A stretch of DNA of 64,000 nt, from positions 1 through 64,000 of the forward strand of contig JAXLQJ010000035.1 of assembly GCA_046331705.1 (NCBI GenBank), in the 5' to 3' direction. Of the stretch, positions 19,165 to 29,123 are shown in pieces. Source of the stretch: a bacterium. GTDB taxonomy: Bacteria > JADJOY01. Positions within the stretch are counted from its first letter, which is position 1. Each line of letters begins with the position of its first letter. The position numbers were made by a program, and so were the translations under genes. The notes under the pieces are model-generated. The model was not told the origin of the DNA and made no database searches. It was given only the letters and a program-made list of their open reading frames with translations.

Positions 19165-19716
19165 TCAATTGATCGCCGAGCCGCCTGGCACCAGCGCGAT
19201 GGGGTTGATCCCCATGTTGCGCAGCGAGCGCTCCCAGACCGCGGTGGAGTCGTGCGCGAACACCAAGCCGGGATCGACGTTCGAGGTGACCCAAGCACCC
19301 TGGGTGATCTCCGACTCGAGCTGCCCGGGTCCCCAGCCCGCGTAACCCATGAAGAGACGGAACGGATCGGCGCCCTTCTCGCAGACGTCCTTCAGGGCAT
19401 TCATGGAGCGGCTCATGCTGATGCCGCCGGCGACGTGGTGCGTATCCTCGTATTCGAGCTGGCTGGTGTGAAGGATCCAGCCGACCTCGCGGCTCACGGG
19501 CCCGCCGATCATCACCGGCTTGGTCGGATCGCCCCGGTACACCAGCGACTGCGCGTTGGTGAACTCGCCCATGGTGAGCGGCGAAACGTGATTGATGACC
19601 AGACCGAACGAGCCCTCCTCGCCGTGCTCCACCACCAGCACCACCGAACGATAGAAGTTCGGATCGAGGAGCTGCGGCATCGCGATCAACAAGCCTGGCG
19701 CGAACGAGCTGGACAT
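19165..19716 (-). CDS. YqgE/AlgH family protein
   Basis: LLIAMPQLLDPNFYRSVV, GSFGLVIN, GGPV, FMGYAGWGPGQLESEI..GAW. Confidence 0.93.
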   Translation of the reverse strand: MSSSFAPGLLIAMPQLLDPNFYRSVVLVVEHGEEGSFGLVINHVSPLTMGEFTNAQSLVYRGDPTKPVMIGGPVSREVGWILHTSQLEYEDTHHVAGGISMSRSMNALKDVCEKGADPFRLFMGYAGWGPGQLESEITQGAWVTSNVDPGLVFAHDSTAVWERSLRNMGINPIALVPGGSAIN

Positions 19717-19915
19717 GCGTTGCCCTCCACCGACGAACGGGCTTTCACCCCGAGTATACGGCTCGGTTTTCGATGCGCGAAACGACTCCGTGCAGGCCTT
19801 CGGGATCCGACCAACCGCCACGCACGTGCTTGCGGCACGCGAATCGCGGCCGGTAGGTTGCGCCACCCGGGAGGCGAGCGTGTTCGGATGGAAGCGAAGA
19901 GAGCGTGGCGGCGCG

Positions 19916-21646
19916 ATGCGCGCCCCGAGCGTCGAGCCCGCGGCGGCGCCAGCGCGCGCCGAGCCCACGCCGACGGAGATCGTGCTCGCGTACCACCAGA
20001 CCACCAAGCACCATCCCTACCGTCAGGCGCGCAGCCTGGGCTACCTCGACTGGGACACGCAACCCGATCCGTTTCGCCGCTTCCACGGGGCCGACCTCGT
20101 TCCCTTGCCGCTGCTCGACGAGGATTGGACGCCGCCGTACCGCTCGATCTTCGAAGCCGGCGGATCCGCGCCGCGTCCGGCGACGCCGGCCAACGTCGCC
20201 GCGCTCTTCGAGCTCGCGCTCGGGATCACGGCGTGGAAGGAGTTCCAGGGCTCGCGCTGGGCGCTGCGCGCCAACCCGTCGAGCGGCAACCTGCATCCCA
20301 CCGAGGGCTACGCCGTCCTCGCCGGCGAGGACGGAGCGGCCTGGGTCGCCCACTATGCGCCAGCCGAGCACGCGTTCGAGCGGCGCGCCCGCTTCGAGCG
20401 CGCGCGGTGGCAACGGCTGGTCGCCGCCTTCCCGCGCGACACGTTCCTCGTGGGCCTCACGTCCATTCATTGGCGCGAGGCGTGGAAGTACGGAGAGCGC
20501 GCCTATCGTTATTGCCAGCACGACACCGGCCACGCGTGGGCGGCGCTACGCCTCGCCGCCGCGGCGTTGGGATGGCGCCTCGTGCTCCTCGAGAGCCTCG
20601 GCGACGAGGACGTCGCGCGACTGCTCGGCACCGATCGCGTGACCGAGTTCCACGAGGCGGAGCGTGAGGAAGCCGAGGGCCTCGCCGCGGTGATCCCCGA
20701 CCCCGGGGCCGTCACCGTCCCGCTCGACCTGCCGATCGACGCCCTCGCGGCCATCGCGGAATCCGCCACGTGGTCGGGCCGCGCCGCGCCCGCGAGCCCG
20801 GAGCACGTCGACTGGCAGGTGATCGCGATGGCCGCCGCGGCAGCCACAAGGCCGCGCACCCCGCCGCGCACGCGCACGCTGCCGGCGTGTGCGCCCGCCA
20901 GCCCCCGCGGCGCGGAGGCCGGGGAGCCGAGCGCGCGGCGGATCGTCACGCAGCGGCGCAGCGCGGTCGACCTCGATGGTCGCACGCACATTCCCGCGAC
21001 GACGTTCTTCGCCATCCTCGCGCAGCTGATTCCCGACCCGAACGAGCAGGGCTTCGTGCCGCCGCCGTGGGACCTCGTCGATTGGCCGCCGCGAGTCCAC
21101 CTGGTGGCATTCGTGCATCGCGTGGAGGGCCTGGCGCCCGGCCTCTACGCGCTGCCGCGCGCAGCGAGCGCAGCCCAACCCCTTCGCGCCGCGATGCGCG
21201 CCGACTTCGCGTGGACCACGCCGCCAGGCACGCCCGCCGAGCTGCCGCTCGCGCTGCTGCGCGAGGAGGATTGCCGCGGTCTCGCCAAGTCGGTGAGCTG
21301 CGGCCAGGACATCGCGGGTGACGGCGTCGCGAGCTTCGGGATGATCGCCGAGCTCGACGAGACCGTCCGCACCCTCGGACCGTGGGCGTACCGGCGGCTG
21401 CACTGGGAAGCGGGAATGATCGGCCAGGTGCTCTATCTGGAAGCGGAGGCGGCGGGGATCCGCGGCACCGGCATCGGCTGCTTCTTCGACGACGCCGTCC
21501 ACGACGTCTTCGGGATGCGCGGCACGCGTTTCCACACGCTCTACCACTTCACCCTCGGCGGGCCCGTGGACGATCCCCGACTCACGACGCTCCCGCCCTA
21601 CGACGCCGAGCGCCGCGCGCGGATCGACATCCCCGGCGGCGGTTGA
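19916..21646 (+). CDS. tandem nitroreductase-domain (SagB/ThcOx-like) protein
   Basis: YHQTTKH, LDWDTQPDPFRRF, LRANPSSGNLHPTEGY, WKYGERAYRYC, QRRSA, GTGIGCFFDD. Confidence 0.85.
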   Translation: MRAPSVEPAAAPARAEPTPTEIVLAYHQTTKHHPYRQARSLGYLDWDTQPDPFRRFHGADLVPLPLLDEDWTPPYRSIFEAGGSAPRPATPANVAALFELALGITAWKEFQGSRWALRANPSSGNLHPTEGYAVLAGEDGAAWVAHYAPAEHAFERRARFERARWQRLVAAFPRDTFLVGLTSIHWREAWKYGERAYRYCQHDTGHAWAALRLAAAALGWRLVLLESLGDEDVARLLGTDRVTEFHEAEREEAEGLAAVIPDPGAVTVPLDLPIDALAAIAESATWSGRAAPASPEHVDWQVIAMAAAAATRPRTPPRTRTLPACAPASPRGAEAGEPSARRIVTQRRSAVDLDGRTHIPATTFFAILAQLIPDPNEQGFVPPPWDLVDWPPRVHLVAFVHRVEGLAPGLYALPRAASAAQPLRAAMRADFAWTTPPGTPAELPLALLREEDCRGLAKSVSCGQDIAGDGVASFGMIAELDETVRTLGPWAYRRLHWEAGMIGQVLYLEAEAAGIRGTGIGCFFDDAVHDVFGMRGTRFHTLYHFTLGGPVDDPRLTTLPPYDAERRARIDIPGGG

Positions 21647-21686
21647 GCCGGGATCGTCCGGCCGCGGCGCGGCGCGGGGCGCGCGC

Positions 21687-22703
21687 TCACTCGCGGGAGC
21701 GCCCGCTCGAGCCGCCCGGCTCGGGGCGTTCCAGGTCGTGAACCGTGAGCACCGACTGCGACCACTCGAACAGAATCGCGCCGGACTCGTCGCGCACCTC
21801 GAGTTGACGGAAGCCGCCATCCTGGACCCGGCGCACCAGCTCTTGCGCGGCGCGCACGCGCTCGCGGCGCGGGCGCTGTCCGAACGACTCCCGTGCGACC
21901 GCGCTCCAATGCTTTCCCGCGCCGAGCTTGATCTCGGAGAGCTCGATCACCTCCGCGAGCCCCTCGACCGTGAGCGCGTCGCTGGCGAGATGACTGGTCA
22001 CCGTGCCGAGCACCACGATCGCCACGTAGGCGAGCAGCGCGGCGCCCGACACCAGGAACGCCAGCGCCACCCATCGACGCGGCAGGGGGCGACGCGCGAA
22101 CGAGGCGAACGCGGGCGCGGGCTCGCCCACGGCGCCCGCGACGGGCTCACTCGACGCGGCCGCGCTCGGGGGCGGGCTCGCGATGGGCTCGGGAGGTGGC
22201 GGTTCCGCGCGAACCGGCGCGGGCCGCGCGGCGCGATTCACCCGCAGCAAGCCCGCGAGCAGCAGCCGGACGACGTCGACGAAGACCAGCCCACGCTCGC
22301 CTCCCAACGTCCGCGCCACGTCCCGCACGCGCGTCTGCCCGTCGACGGCGGCGAGCAGCGCCTGGTCGATCTCGTCCAGCCTGAGCAGCTTCGCCGGCTC
22401 CGCGCCCTCGACGCGCTCGAGCACGGCGGCGGCGAGCGCGGTCTCGTCGAGGAACGGCAGATCGTCGGCGAACACCAGCTTCCGACGCGCCACCAGCCGC
22501 AACACGATCCGCGTCATCGCGTCGTCGCCGAGCCCGGTCAGCTGGCCGATCGTCGCCACGGTGGCTTGACCGTTCACCCGCCGAAGCACGGCGCGATCGT
22601 CGTCGTCGAGCCGAATCTGGGACTGCCGATAGTCGGGATGAAGCGCCAGCGTCTTCTGGCGCAGCACCTCGGCGTGGAAGATCGATCGATGGGGGGTCGC
22701 CAC
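21687..22703 (-). CDS. hypothetical membrane-anchored protein with two winged-helix-like repeats and a Pro-rich linker
   Basis: Repeats RLDDDDRAVLRRVNGQATV / RLDEIDQALLAAVDGQTRV; PPPPEP linker; single TM. Confidence 0.6.
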   Translation of the reverse strand: MATPHRSIFHAEVLRQKTLALHPDYRQSQIRLDDDDRAVLRRVNGQATVATIGQLTGLGDDAMTRIVLRLVARRKLVFADDLPFLDETALAAAVLERVEGAEPAKLLRLDEIDQALLAAVDGQTRVRDVARTLGGERGLVFVDVVRLLLAGLLRVNRAARPAPVRAEPPPPEPIASPPPSAAASSEPVAGAVGEPAPAFASFARRPLPRRWVALAFLVSGAALLAYVAIVVLGTVTSHLASDALTVEGLAEVIELSEIKLGAGKHWSAVARESFGQRPRRERVRAAQELVRRVQDGGFRQLEVRDESGAILFEWSQSVLTVHDLERPEPGGSSGRSRE

Positions 22704-23040
22704 GAGGAAGGCGCGCGCGCAATCGAGAACGCGATGCTTGCGAAGGCGGACCGGTGCCGCTCGGCACGCCGGCCTTCGGCTCCGCCGAGTCGTGCGACGC
22801 CCGATCCACGGCGCGCGTGCGCGGTGCTTCTCTTACCAACGCGTCCCCGCGGTCGCAACTTGCATCGCGAGGGCGGCAGAACTTGCCCAGCGGGTGCGCG
22901 CGTAGCCTGCAAACCCGCATCTCTCCCGCGCCTTCCCAGCCGTTTTCCTCGAATCGTCCCGCAGCGCGACGAAAGGCATCCCAGTTGCTTGGGAGCGAAT
23001 CGATCCGATCACACGGCCTCCGTCACGACACGAGGGACTC

Positions 23041-23583
23041 ATGAGCATCCAAGGAATCCGCAGCGGCTCGGGCGAGATCACCCGCAGCGGTGCGTTCGAC
23101 ACGAGTCGGGGCACCAACGGCAACTTCACCGACATCGTCAGCGGCACGCGCGACGCGTTCACGCGCACCAGCCGCGCCACCGACGCCGACGGCAACTTGG
23201 TGGTGTCGCGCACCACCCAGGTCGAGCGCGCGGAGGACGGATCGCTGAGCTTCCACGCGACCATTCAGGGCCCGGACGGTCAGACGGTGACGCGCGACGG
23301 AACCCTCGAGAAGACCGACGCCGGCACCTACACCGCCCACGGCACGCTCACCGGCAAGGAAGGCGCGACCTTCCAGTTCTCGAGCAGCATCGACGTATCC
23401 GAGGACGACCGCACCATCTCGACGGAGATCTCGGGCGAGCAAGGCGTGATCGCCGACGTGAGCAGCAACACCGTCCGAGACGGCGACGAGCTGACCCGCA
23501 CCACCACGGTCACCGATCCCAATCACCGTCAGAAGAGCAAGAGCTCGACGGTGCACGTGACCGGGCTGTCGATCGTGGCGTGA
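23041..23583 (+). CDS. hypothetical Thr/Ser/Gly-rich all-beta protein
   Basis: GAGGGA RBS, ATG, GC3-biased codons, alternating beta-strand pattern. Confidence 0.75.
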   Translation: MSIQGIRSGSGEITRSGAFDTSRGTNGNFTDIVSGTRDAFTRTSRATDADGNLVVSRTTQVERAEDGSLSFHATIQGPDGQTVTRDGTLEKTDAGTYTAHGTLTGKEGATFQFSSSIDVSEDDRTISTEISGEQGVIADVSSNTVRDGDELTRTTTVTDPNHRQKSKSSTVHVTGLSIVA

Positions 23584-23635
23584 GCGCGAGCGAGCCGCCC
23601 CGCGAAGCGGCTCGCGAGCTCGAGCGCGACGCGGC

Positions 23636-24901
23636 TCAACGCCGCGTGGCCTCGGGATCGCCCAGCGCGGCGCGCATCTCGCGGGCGCGGAACGAGTACG
23701 GATCGTTGAGCAGCGCCAGCCGGTAGTTGGCGCGCATCTTCTCGGCGTCGCCGAGCCCCGCGTACGCCTTGCCCACCCGGTAGTAGACGTCGCCGACGTG
23801 GGCGAAGCCCTTGAACTGCGTGGTGAGCGCCGACACCAGCGACAGGATCGCGTCGTCGTAGCGACCCTCGGCGAGGGCGATCTCGCCGCCCACGTAGTAC
23901 CAGAGCGGCTCCGCGGCGGCGTTCACCAGCGGATCTTGCTTGCCGAACAGATCGCGCGCCCGCTCGTAGTAGGCGTGCGCGACCTCGGTGCTGCCGCCGC
24001 CGCACGCCAGCGCGTCGGCGACCGCCACCGCTTCCTGCCAATCGCCGGTCTCGTCGGGAGATCGGCTCGCGTAGCGCTCGTTGATGGCTGCCACGGCGGC
24101 CTCGTAGAGCGCCGGCTGCTCCTCGCGCGAGGCCCGCAGCTCCGCGACCGCGGCTTCGTAGAGCGGGCTTTCCGGTTGATCTTGGGCGGCGCGCTCCGCC
24201 CACGCGAGCGCCTCGTCGAGATCGCCGTCGTGGTAGTAGGCGAGCCCGAGCTCGAGCTTCGAGCGATGGTCCGTGGAATCGGCGACCAGCAGCCGTTTGT
24301 AGACCTCGATGGCCTCGAGATGCTCGCCGGTCACCAGCAAGCTGCCGGCCAGCGCCTTGCGTAGCGGCTCGACGTCGTCGGTGATCATCGCCTTCGATTC
24401 CATCTCGCGCAGGCCGTCGCGGACTCCGATCAGGTCCTTGCGCTCGAGCGCGAGCTTGACTCGCTCGAGCACCTTGCGGCGCTCCATGTCGAAGATGGTG
24501 CGCGCGCCCGGCTCCTCGGGCGCCTTGACGCGCTCGTGGTGCACGCCGGCGAGCGCCTCCGCCATCGTGAGCGGACGCTTCCCGACGCCCTTGCGGCCTC
24601 GCGCGCTCTTGCGCCACGACGCGCCCGGCGAGCTCGCGTCTCCCGCGCGACGCGAGCCCGGCGCAGGGGCATCGAGGCCCACCCACCTCGCCAGCGACGG
24701 CGCGAGCCCGGTGAAGGCGATCGCCAACGCCGCCGCGAGCACCGCCGCCACCGCAATCCCCGCCACGACGGGCCACGACACCCGGCTGCGACGGCGCGGG
24801 CCCGCGGGACCGCGCCGAGGCGGCGGACGCGCGCCCGGCGCACCCGTGCGGCGGCTCGGCTCGAGCGGCGCGGACGAACGCCCCCGGCTCGTCGACTCCA
24901 T
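23636..24901 (-). CDS. membrane-anchored tetratricopeptide repeat protein
   Basis: N-terminal TM, then TPR-like helices ([33 protein letters not shown]). Confidence 0.7.
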   Translation of the reverse strand: MESTSRGRSSAPLEPSRRTGAPGARPPPRRGPAGPRRRSRVSWPVVAGIAVAAVLAAALAIAFTGLAPSLARWVGLDAPAPGSRRAGDASSPGASWRKSARGRKGVGKRPLTMAEALAGVHHERVKAPEEPGARTIFDMERRKVLERVKLALERKDLIGVRDGLREMESKAMITDDVEPLRKALAGSLLVTGEHLEAIEVYKRLLVADSTDHRSKLELGLAYYHDGDLDEALAWAERAAQDQPESPLYEAAVAELRASREEQPALYEAAVAAINERYASRSPDETGDWQEAVAVADALACGGGSTEVAHAYYERARDLFGKQDPLVNAAAEPLWYYVGGEIALAEGRYDDAILSLVSALTTQFKGFAHVGDVYYRVGKAYAGLGDAEKMRANYRLALLNDPYSFRAREMRAALGDPEATRR

Positions 24902-25019
24902 CGGCGCGACGCTACCTTTCGCCCGCCCCCGCGCACAAGACCCTTCTCACCGTCGGCAAGGAGGCAGCGCGAGCGAGTCTCGAAGCACCGAAATCCGGCC
25001 GAAAACGGGCGATTTCAGC

Positions 25020-25048
25020 TTGCCCGGTCGGGGACCCAACATTAGTCT
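25020..25048 (+). promoter_or_regulatory. putative sigma70-type promoter of ccr
   Basis: TTGCCC (25020-25025), 17-nt spacer, TAGTCT (25043-25048); AGGAGA RBS before ATG 25105. Confidence 0.45.
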
Positions 25049-25104
25049 CCGGCCGATCCAAACCACCCGAGGACTCCACGCACCGATTCCAGGAGACGCG
25101 CGTC

Positions 25105-26364
25105 ATGGCCAAGAACCTGTACGAGCTCGGAGAGCAGCCCCCGATTGGTGAAGTGCCTGCCAAGATGAACGCCTGGCTGATCCGCCCGGAGCGCTTTGGC
25201 GTCCCCACCAAGGCCTTCCAGAAAGAGGTCATCGACGTGCCGCCCATCGCGGACGACGAGGTGCTCGTCTACGTGATGGCCGCGGGCGTCAACTACAACA
25301 ACGTGTGGGCCGGGCTCGGCGTGCCCGTGGACGTGATCGGCGCGCGCAACAAGGCCGGGGAGCCCGAGCCGTTCCACATCGGCGGCTCGGACGCCAGTGG
25401 CATCGTCTACAAGGTCGGCAAGGACGTCACCAGCCTGAAGGTGGGCGACGAGGTGGTCGTGCATTGCGGCACCTGGAGCCGCGATTGCCCGATGGTGAAG
25501 AGCGGCACCGACCCCATGTACTCGCCGACCTTCCGCATCTGGGGTTACGAGACCAACTGGGGGAGCTTCGCCCAGTTCACCAAGGTGCAGGCGCATCAAT
25601 GCCTGCCGCGCCCGAAGCATCTCACCTGGGAAGCGTCCGCCGCCTACATGCTGGTGGGCGCCACCGCCTACCGCATGCTCTTGGGCTGGCCCGAGCACGC
25701 GACCCGCGCCAACGACGTGGTGCTGGTGTGGGGCGGTGCGGGCGGCCTGGGCTCCATGGCCATCCAGATCGCGCGCGCCAAGGGCGCCATCCCCATCGCG
25801 GTGATCTCGAGCGACGACAAGGTCGACTACTGCAAGAACCTCGGCGCCAAGGGTTGCATCAACCGCAAGGGATTCAACCATTGGGGGATGCTGCCGCACT
25901 GGAAGGACACCGAGAAGTACAACGTCTGGCTCAAGGGCGTGCGCGCGTTCGGCAAGGCGATCTGGGACGTGCTCGGCGAGAAGCGCAGCCCGCGCATCGT
26001 CTTCGAGCATCCCGGCGAGGACACCATCCCGACCTCGATCTTCGTGTGCGACACCGGCGGCATGGTGGTGATCTGCGCCGGAACCACGGGCTACAACGCC
26101 ACGGTCGACCTGCGCTACCACTGGATGCGCCAGAAGCGCCTCCAGGGCTCGCACTTCGCCAACGACGAGCAGTCCAAGGGGCTCAACGATCTGGTGCTCG
26201 CGGGACAGGTGGACCCGTGCCTGTCGCGCACGTTCACCTGGGACGAGCTGCCGCTCTCGCACCAGCTCATGCACGACAACAAGCACCCACACGGCAACAT
26301 GGCGATCCTGGTGGGCGCACCCACGACCGGCACGGGTGCCACCGCGGCCGTCCCCAAGCGCTGA
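25105..26364 (+). CDS. ccr: crotonyl-CoA carboxylase/reductase
   Basis: [56 protein letters not shown]. Confidence 0.95.
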   Translation: MAKNLYELGEQPPIGEVPAKMNAWLIRPERFGVPTKAFQKEVIDVPPIADDEVLVYVMAAGVNYNNVWAGLGVPVDVIGARNKAGEPEPFHIGGSDASGIVYKVGKDVTSLKVGDEVVVHCGTWSRDCPMVKSGTDPMYSPTFRIWGYETNWGSFAQFTKVQAHQCLPRPKHLTWEASAAYMLVGATAYRMLLGWPEHATRANDVVLVWGGAGGLGSMAIQIARAKGAIPIAVISSDDKVDYCKNLGAKGCINRKGFNHWGMLPHWKDTEKYNVWLKGVRAFGKAIWDVLGEKRSPRIVFEHPGEDTIPTSIFVCDTGGMVVICAGTTGYNATVDLRYHWMRQKRLQGSHFANDEQSKGLNDLVLAGQVDPCLSRTFTWDELPLSHQLMHDNKHPHGNMAILVGAPTTGTGATAAVPKR

Positions 26365-26446
26365 GGTCGGCGGAAGAACCGCGCCTCGCGGGCCGTCTCC
26401 GCGAGGCGAACGGCTCGCGAACCCGCCCCGCGAGCAGCCTTCTTCG

Positions 26447-26484
26447 AACCCCTCGGCTCGCGCGAGCCGAGGGGTTTGGTTTCT
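26447..26484 (+). terminator. probable intrinsic terminator after ccr (perfect 30-bp palindrome)
   Basis: AACCCCTCGGCTCGCGCGAGCCGAGGGGTT (26447-26476) is self-complementary and followed by TGGTTTCT; a second hairpin lies at 26382-26408. Confidence 0.65.
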
Positions 26485-26546
26485 CCACCCACGCGATGTA
26501 TTGAGCTTGGCGTTCGCGCCGCACGCGGCGCGATCCTCGTGCGCGC

Positions 26547-29123
26547 ATGCACTCGACACTGAATCTCATCCTGCAGGTCGCGATCATCATCCTGGTCGCG
26601 AGGTTGGTGGGGTTCGCGTTCCGGATGCTGCGGCAGCCCCAGGTCATGGGGGAGATGTCCGCCGGAATCCTGCTGGGGCCGTCCTTCCTGGGCTGGCTCG
26701 CGCCGGACTGGCACGCGGTGCTCTTCCCGCCCGAGCGGCTCTCGTATCTCCATTCGCTGAGCCAGCTCGGCGTCCTGCTCTTCATGTTCCTGGTGGGGCT
26801 CGAGCTCGACCCCAAGCACCTGGTGGGTCGTGGACGCACGGCGCTCGTGACCAGCGCGGCGAGCATCGCGGCGCCGTTCGCGCTCGGGGCACTCTTGGCC
26901 TTGGCGCTCTACGGGTCGTTCGCGCCGCCGGGCACGCGGCGGGTGAGCTTCACGTTGTTCATGGGCGCCGCGATGAGCGTCACCGCCTTCCCGGTGCTGG
27001 CGCGAATCCTCTCCGAACGCGGACTGACGCGCACCAAGGTGGGCTCCGTGACCATCGCGTGCGCCGCCCTCGCCGACGTCGCCGCATGGGTGGTCCTCGC
27101 CGGCGTGGTGGCGCTGGCCCGCGTGCAGTCCGAGCCGGGGAACCTGATCGGCACACTGCTCGGGACTGGCCTCTACGTCATGACCATGTTGACCGTCGTG
27201 CGCCCGCTGACCCGGCGCATCGAGGTGTTCTATCGAAACCGCGGGCGGATCATCACCCAGGACTTGCTCGCGTTCGTGCTGTTGCTCTTCCTCACCTCGG
27301 CGTGGATCACCGAGTGGCTGGGCATCCACGCGCTCTTCGGCGCGTTCCTGCTCGGCGCGGTCTTGCCCAAGGACCCGAGCTTCGTCCGCGACCTGCGCGA
27401 CAAGCTCGAGGACCTCACCGTGGTCTTCCTGCTGCCGCTCTTCTTCGCCGACGCGGGCCTGAGGACGCGGCTCGGGCTCCTCGACGGCGTGGGGATGTGG
27501 GCCGTGTGCGGCGTGATCATGGTGGTGGCCGTGATCGGGAAGCTCGGCGGCACGGCACTGGCCGCGCGCTGGATGGGCCTGCCGTGGCGCGAGGCCGGCG
27601 CCATCGGCGTGCTCATGAACACGCGCGGCTTGATGGAGCTGGTGATCCTCACCATCGGCCTCGAGCTCGGCATCCTGTCGCCGGCGCTGTTCGCGATGAT
27701 GGTGTTGATGGCGCTGGTCACCACGTTCATGACCACGCCGGTCTTGGAGCGTGTCTATCCCGCAGAGCTCATTCGCCGCGAGGTGGTCGGTGGCCCCGAG
27801 GCCGAGGGCTACTCGATCCTGATCCCGGTCTCGCTGCCGAGCGCGGGTCCGGATCTGGTGCACCTGGCGGCGACACTCGCGCGCGGCGCTGCGGGCGGGC
27901 AGATCTACGCGTTGCACCTGGCGCGCGCCAGCGATCGCTCGTTCTTCGATGCGTCGGTGACGCCAGCGATCCGGCCCGACCTCGCCTCCCTCGAACCGTT
28001 GCTCGCCGCCGCCAAGGCTGACGCGATCGACGTCCACCCGCTCGCCTTCGTGAGCCGCGAGCCCGGCGCGGACATCACCGCCATCGCGCACGCCAAGGGC
28101 GCGCGCCTGATCCTGATGGGCTGGCACAAGCCGGTGCTGAGCCAGAGCATCCTGGGCGGCACGGTGAACCAGGTGATGCGCGAGGCGCGCTGCGACGTCG
28201 CGGTGTACGTGCGCCGTCGCTTCGAGCCGGTGCGGCGCGTGCTCGTGCCGTATCGCGGCTTCCACGATCGCGGAGCGCTCGAGCTGGCGCGGCGCATGGC
28301 GAAAGGCTCGGAGCCGCAGCAGGGTCAGCAGGCCTTCGCGTGGAGCGCGCCGCACGTGACCATCCTGCACCTGGTGCCGCGCGGCGATCGGCGCGACGAC
28401 GAACGACTCGGGCTCTCTGCCGCGGCCACCGCATTCGAGGCGGCGGGCATCGAGCTCAAGGTGATCGAGACCGACGATGCCCTCGACTCGGCGGTTGCCG
28501 AAGCCCGCCGGGGTTACGACCTCGTCATCGTGGGAGTGTCGGAGGAGCTGGGGCTCGAGCCGAATCTCTTCTCGACGCGCCACGAGCGGTTTGCCGCGGA
28601 ATGCCCGGCCTCGCTCTTGATCGTTCGCAAGTACGAGCGGTCGGATCCGACGACCGACGCGCTCAAATCCGATCGCCGCCGCACCGCTGCACGGCGCCTC
28701 CCGTTCCTCGAACCCGCGTGGCCTGAGACGGGATCGGCGTCCGCGAGTCGCGTGGCGATGGCGCTGCAACTCGCCGCAACGCGTAGTCTCGAACCGAATC
28801 AGGTGAATTGCGTCTCGCCTCCGACGATCTCGTCCGCAATTCGCGGCTGCTCGGTGGAATGTTCACCGCTGTGCTGCTCGCACCGGCGGTGGCGAGCGCC
28901 GCGACGATCCTCGTCACCACCACCGCCGACGACGTCACACCGAACGGTACCTGCTCGCTGCGCGAGGCCATCCAGGCCGCCAACGGCGACGTTGCCGTCG
29001 ACCACCCATCGTGGCCTTGCTGGATCGAAGGCACGGCAGGCACGTTCTACAACCGAGGCTCGATGCGGATCGAAGCGAGCACGCTTGGACCGGCTGTCGC
29101 GGATCCGCCACAGGAGAACCTGA
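26547..29123 (+). CDS. cation:proton antiporter (CPA2) with C-terminal universal-stress-protein domains; 3' end doubtful
   Basis: RQPQVMGEMSAGILLGPS, SVTAFPVLARIL, MNTRGLMEL, ILMGWH..LGGTV, ASLLIVRK. The last ~150 codons look non-native and overlap the next gene. Confidence 0.85.
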   Translation: MHSTLNLILQVAIIILVARLVGFAFRMLRQPQVMGEMSAGILLGPSFLGWLAPDWHAVLFPPERLSYLHSLSQLGVLLFMFLVGLELDPKHLVGRGRTALVTSAASIAAPFALGALLALALYGSFAPPGTRRVSFTLFMGAAMSVTAFPVLARILSERGLTRTKVGSVTIACAALADVAAWVVLAGVVALARVQSEPGNLIGTLLGTGLYVMTMLTVVRPLTRRIEVFYRNRGRIITQDLLAFVLLLFLTSAWITEWLGIHALFGAFLLGAVLPKDPSFVRDLRDKLEDLTVVFLLPLFFADAGLRTRLGLLDGVGMWAVCGVIMVVAVIGKLGGTALAARWMGLPWREAGAIGVLMNTRGLMELVILTIGLELGILSPALFAMMVLMALVTTFMTTPVLERVYPAELIRREVVGGPEAEGYSILIPVSLPSAGPDLVHLAATLARGAAGGQIYALHLARASDRSFFDASVTPAIRPDLASLEPLLAAAKADAIDVHPLAFVSREPGADITAIAHAKGARLILMGWHKPVLSQSILGGTVNQVMREARCDVAVYVRRRFEPVRRVLVPYRGFHDRGALELARRMAKGSEPQQGQQAFAWSAPHVTILHLVPRGDRRDDERLGLSAAATAFEAAGIELKVIETDDALDSAVAEARRGYDLVIVGVSEELGLEPNLFSTRHERFAAECPASLLIVRKYERSDPTTDALKSDRRRTAARRLPFLEPAWPETGSASASRVAMALQLAATRSLEPNQVNCVSPPTISSAIRGCSVECSPLCCSHRRWRAPRRSSSPPPPTTSHRTVPARCARPSRPPTATLPSTTHRGLAGSKARQARSTTEARCGSKRARLDRLSRIRHRRT

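Noticed and set aside
19833-19847. CGGCACGCGAATCGC sigma54-like motif upstream of the nitroreductase
   Set aside because: Spacing is correct but the match is weaker, plausible by chance in GC-rich DNA, and no enhancer was seen
17365-20667. 1100-aa + strand ORF and many other long alternative-frame ORFs (e.g. 3980-6517, 26115-28769, 47398-50214)
   Set aside because: Arg/Ala/Gly-rich shadow frames of well-supported genes, expected in high-GC DNA; no motifs
19916-23583. Possible RiPP (azole) cluster from SagB-like dehydrogenase, wHTH/RRE-like protein and Thr/Ser-rich protein
   Set aside because: No YcaO, no short precursor and no transporter; the genes are in different orientations; this nitroreductase type commonly stands alone
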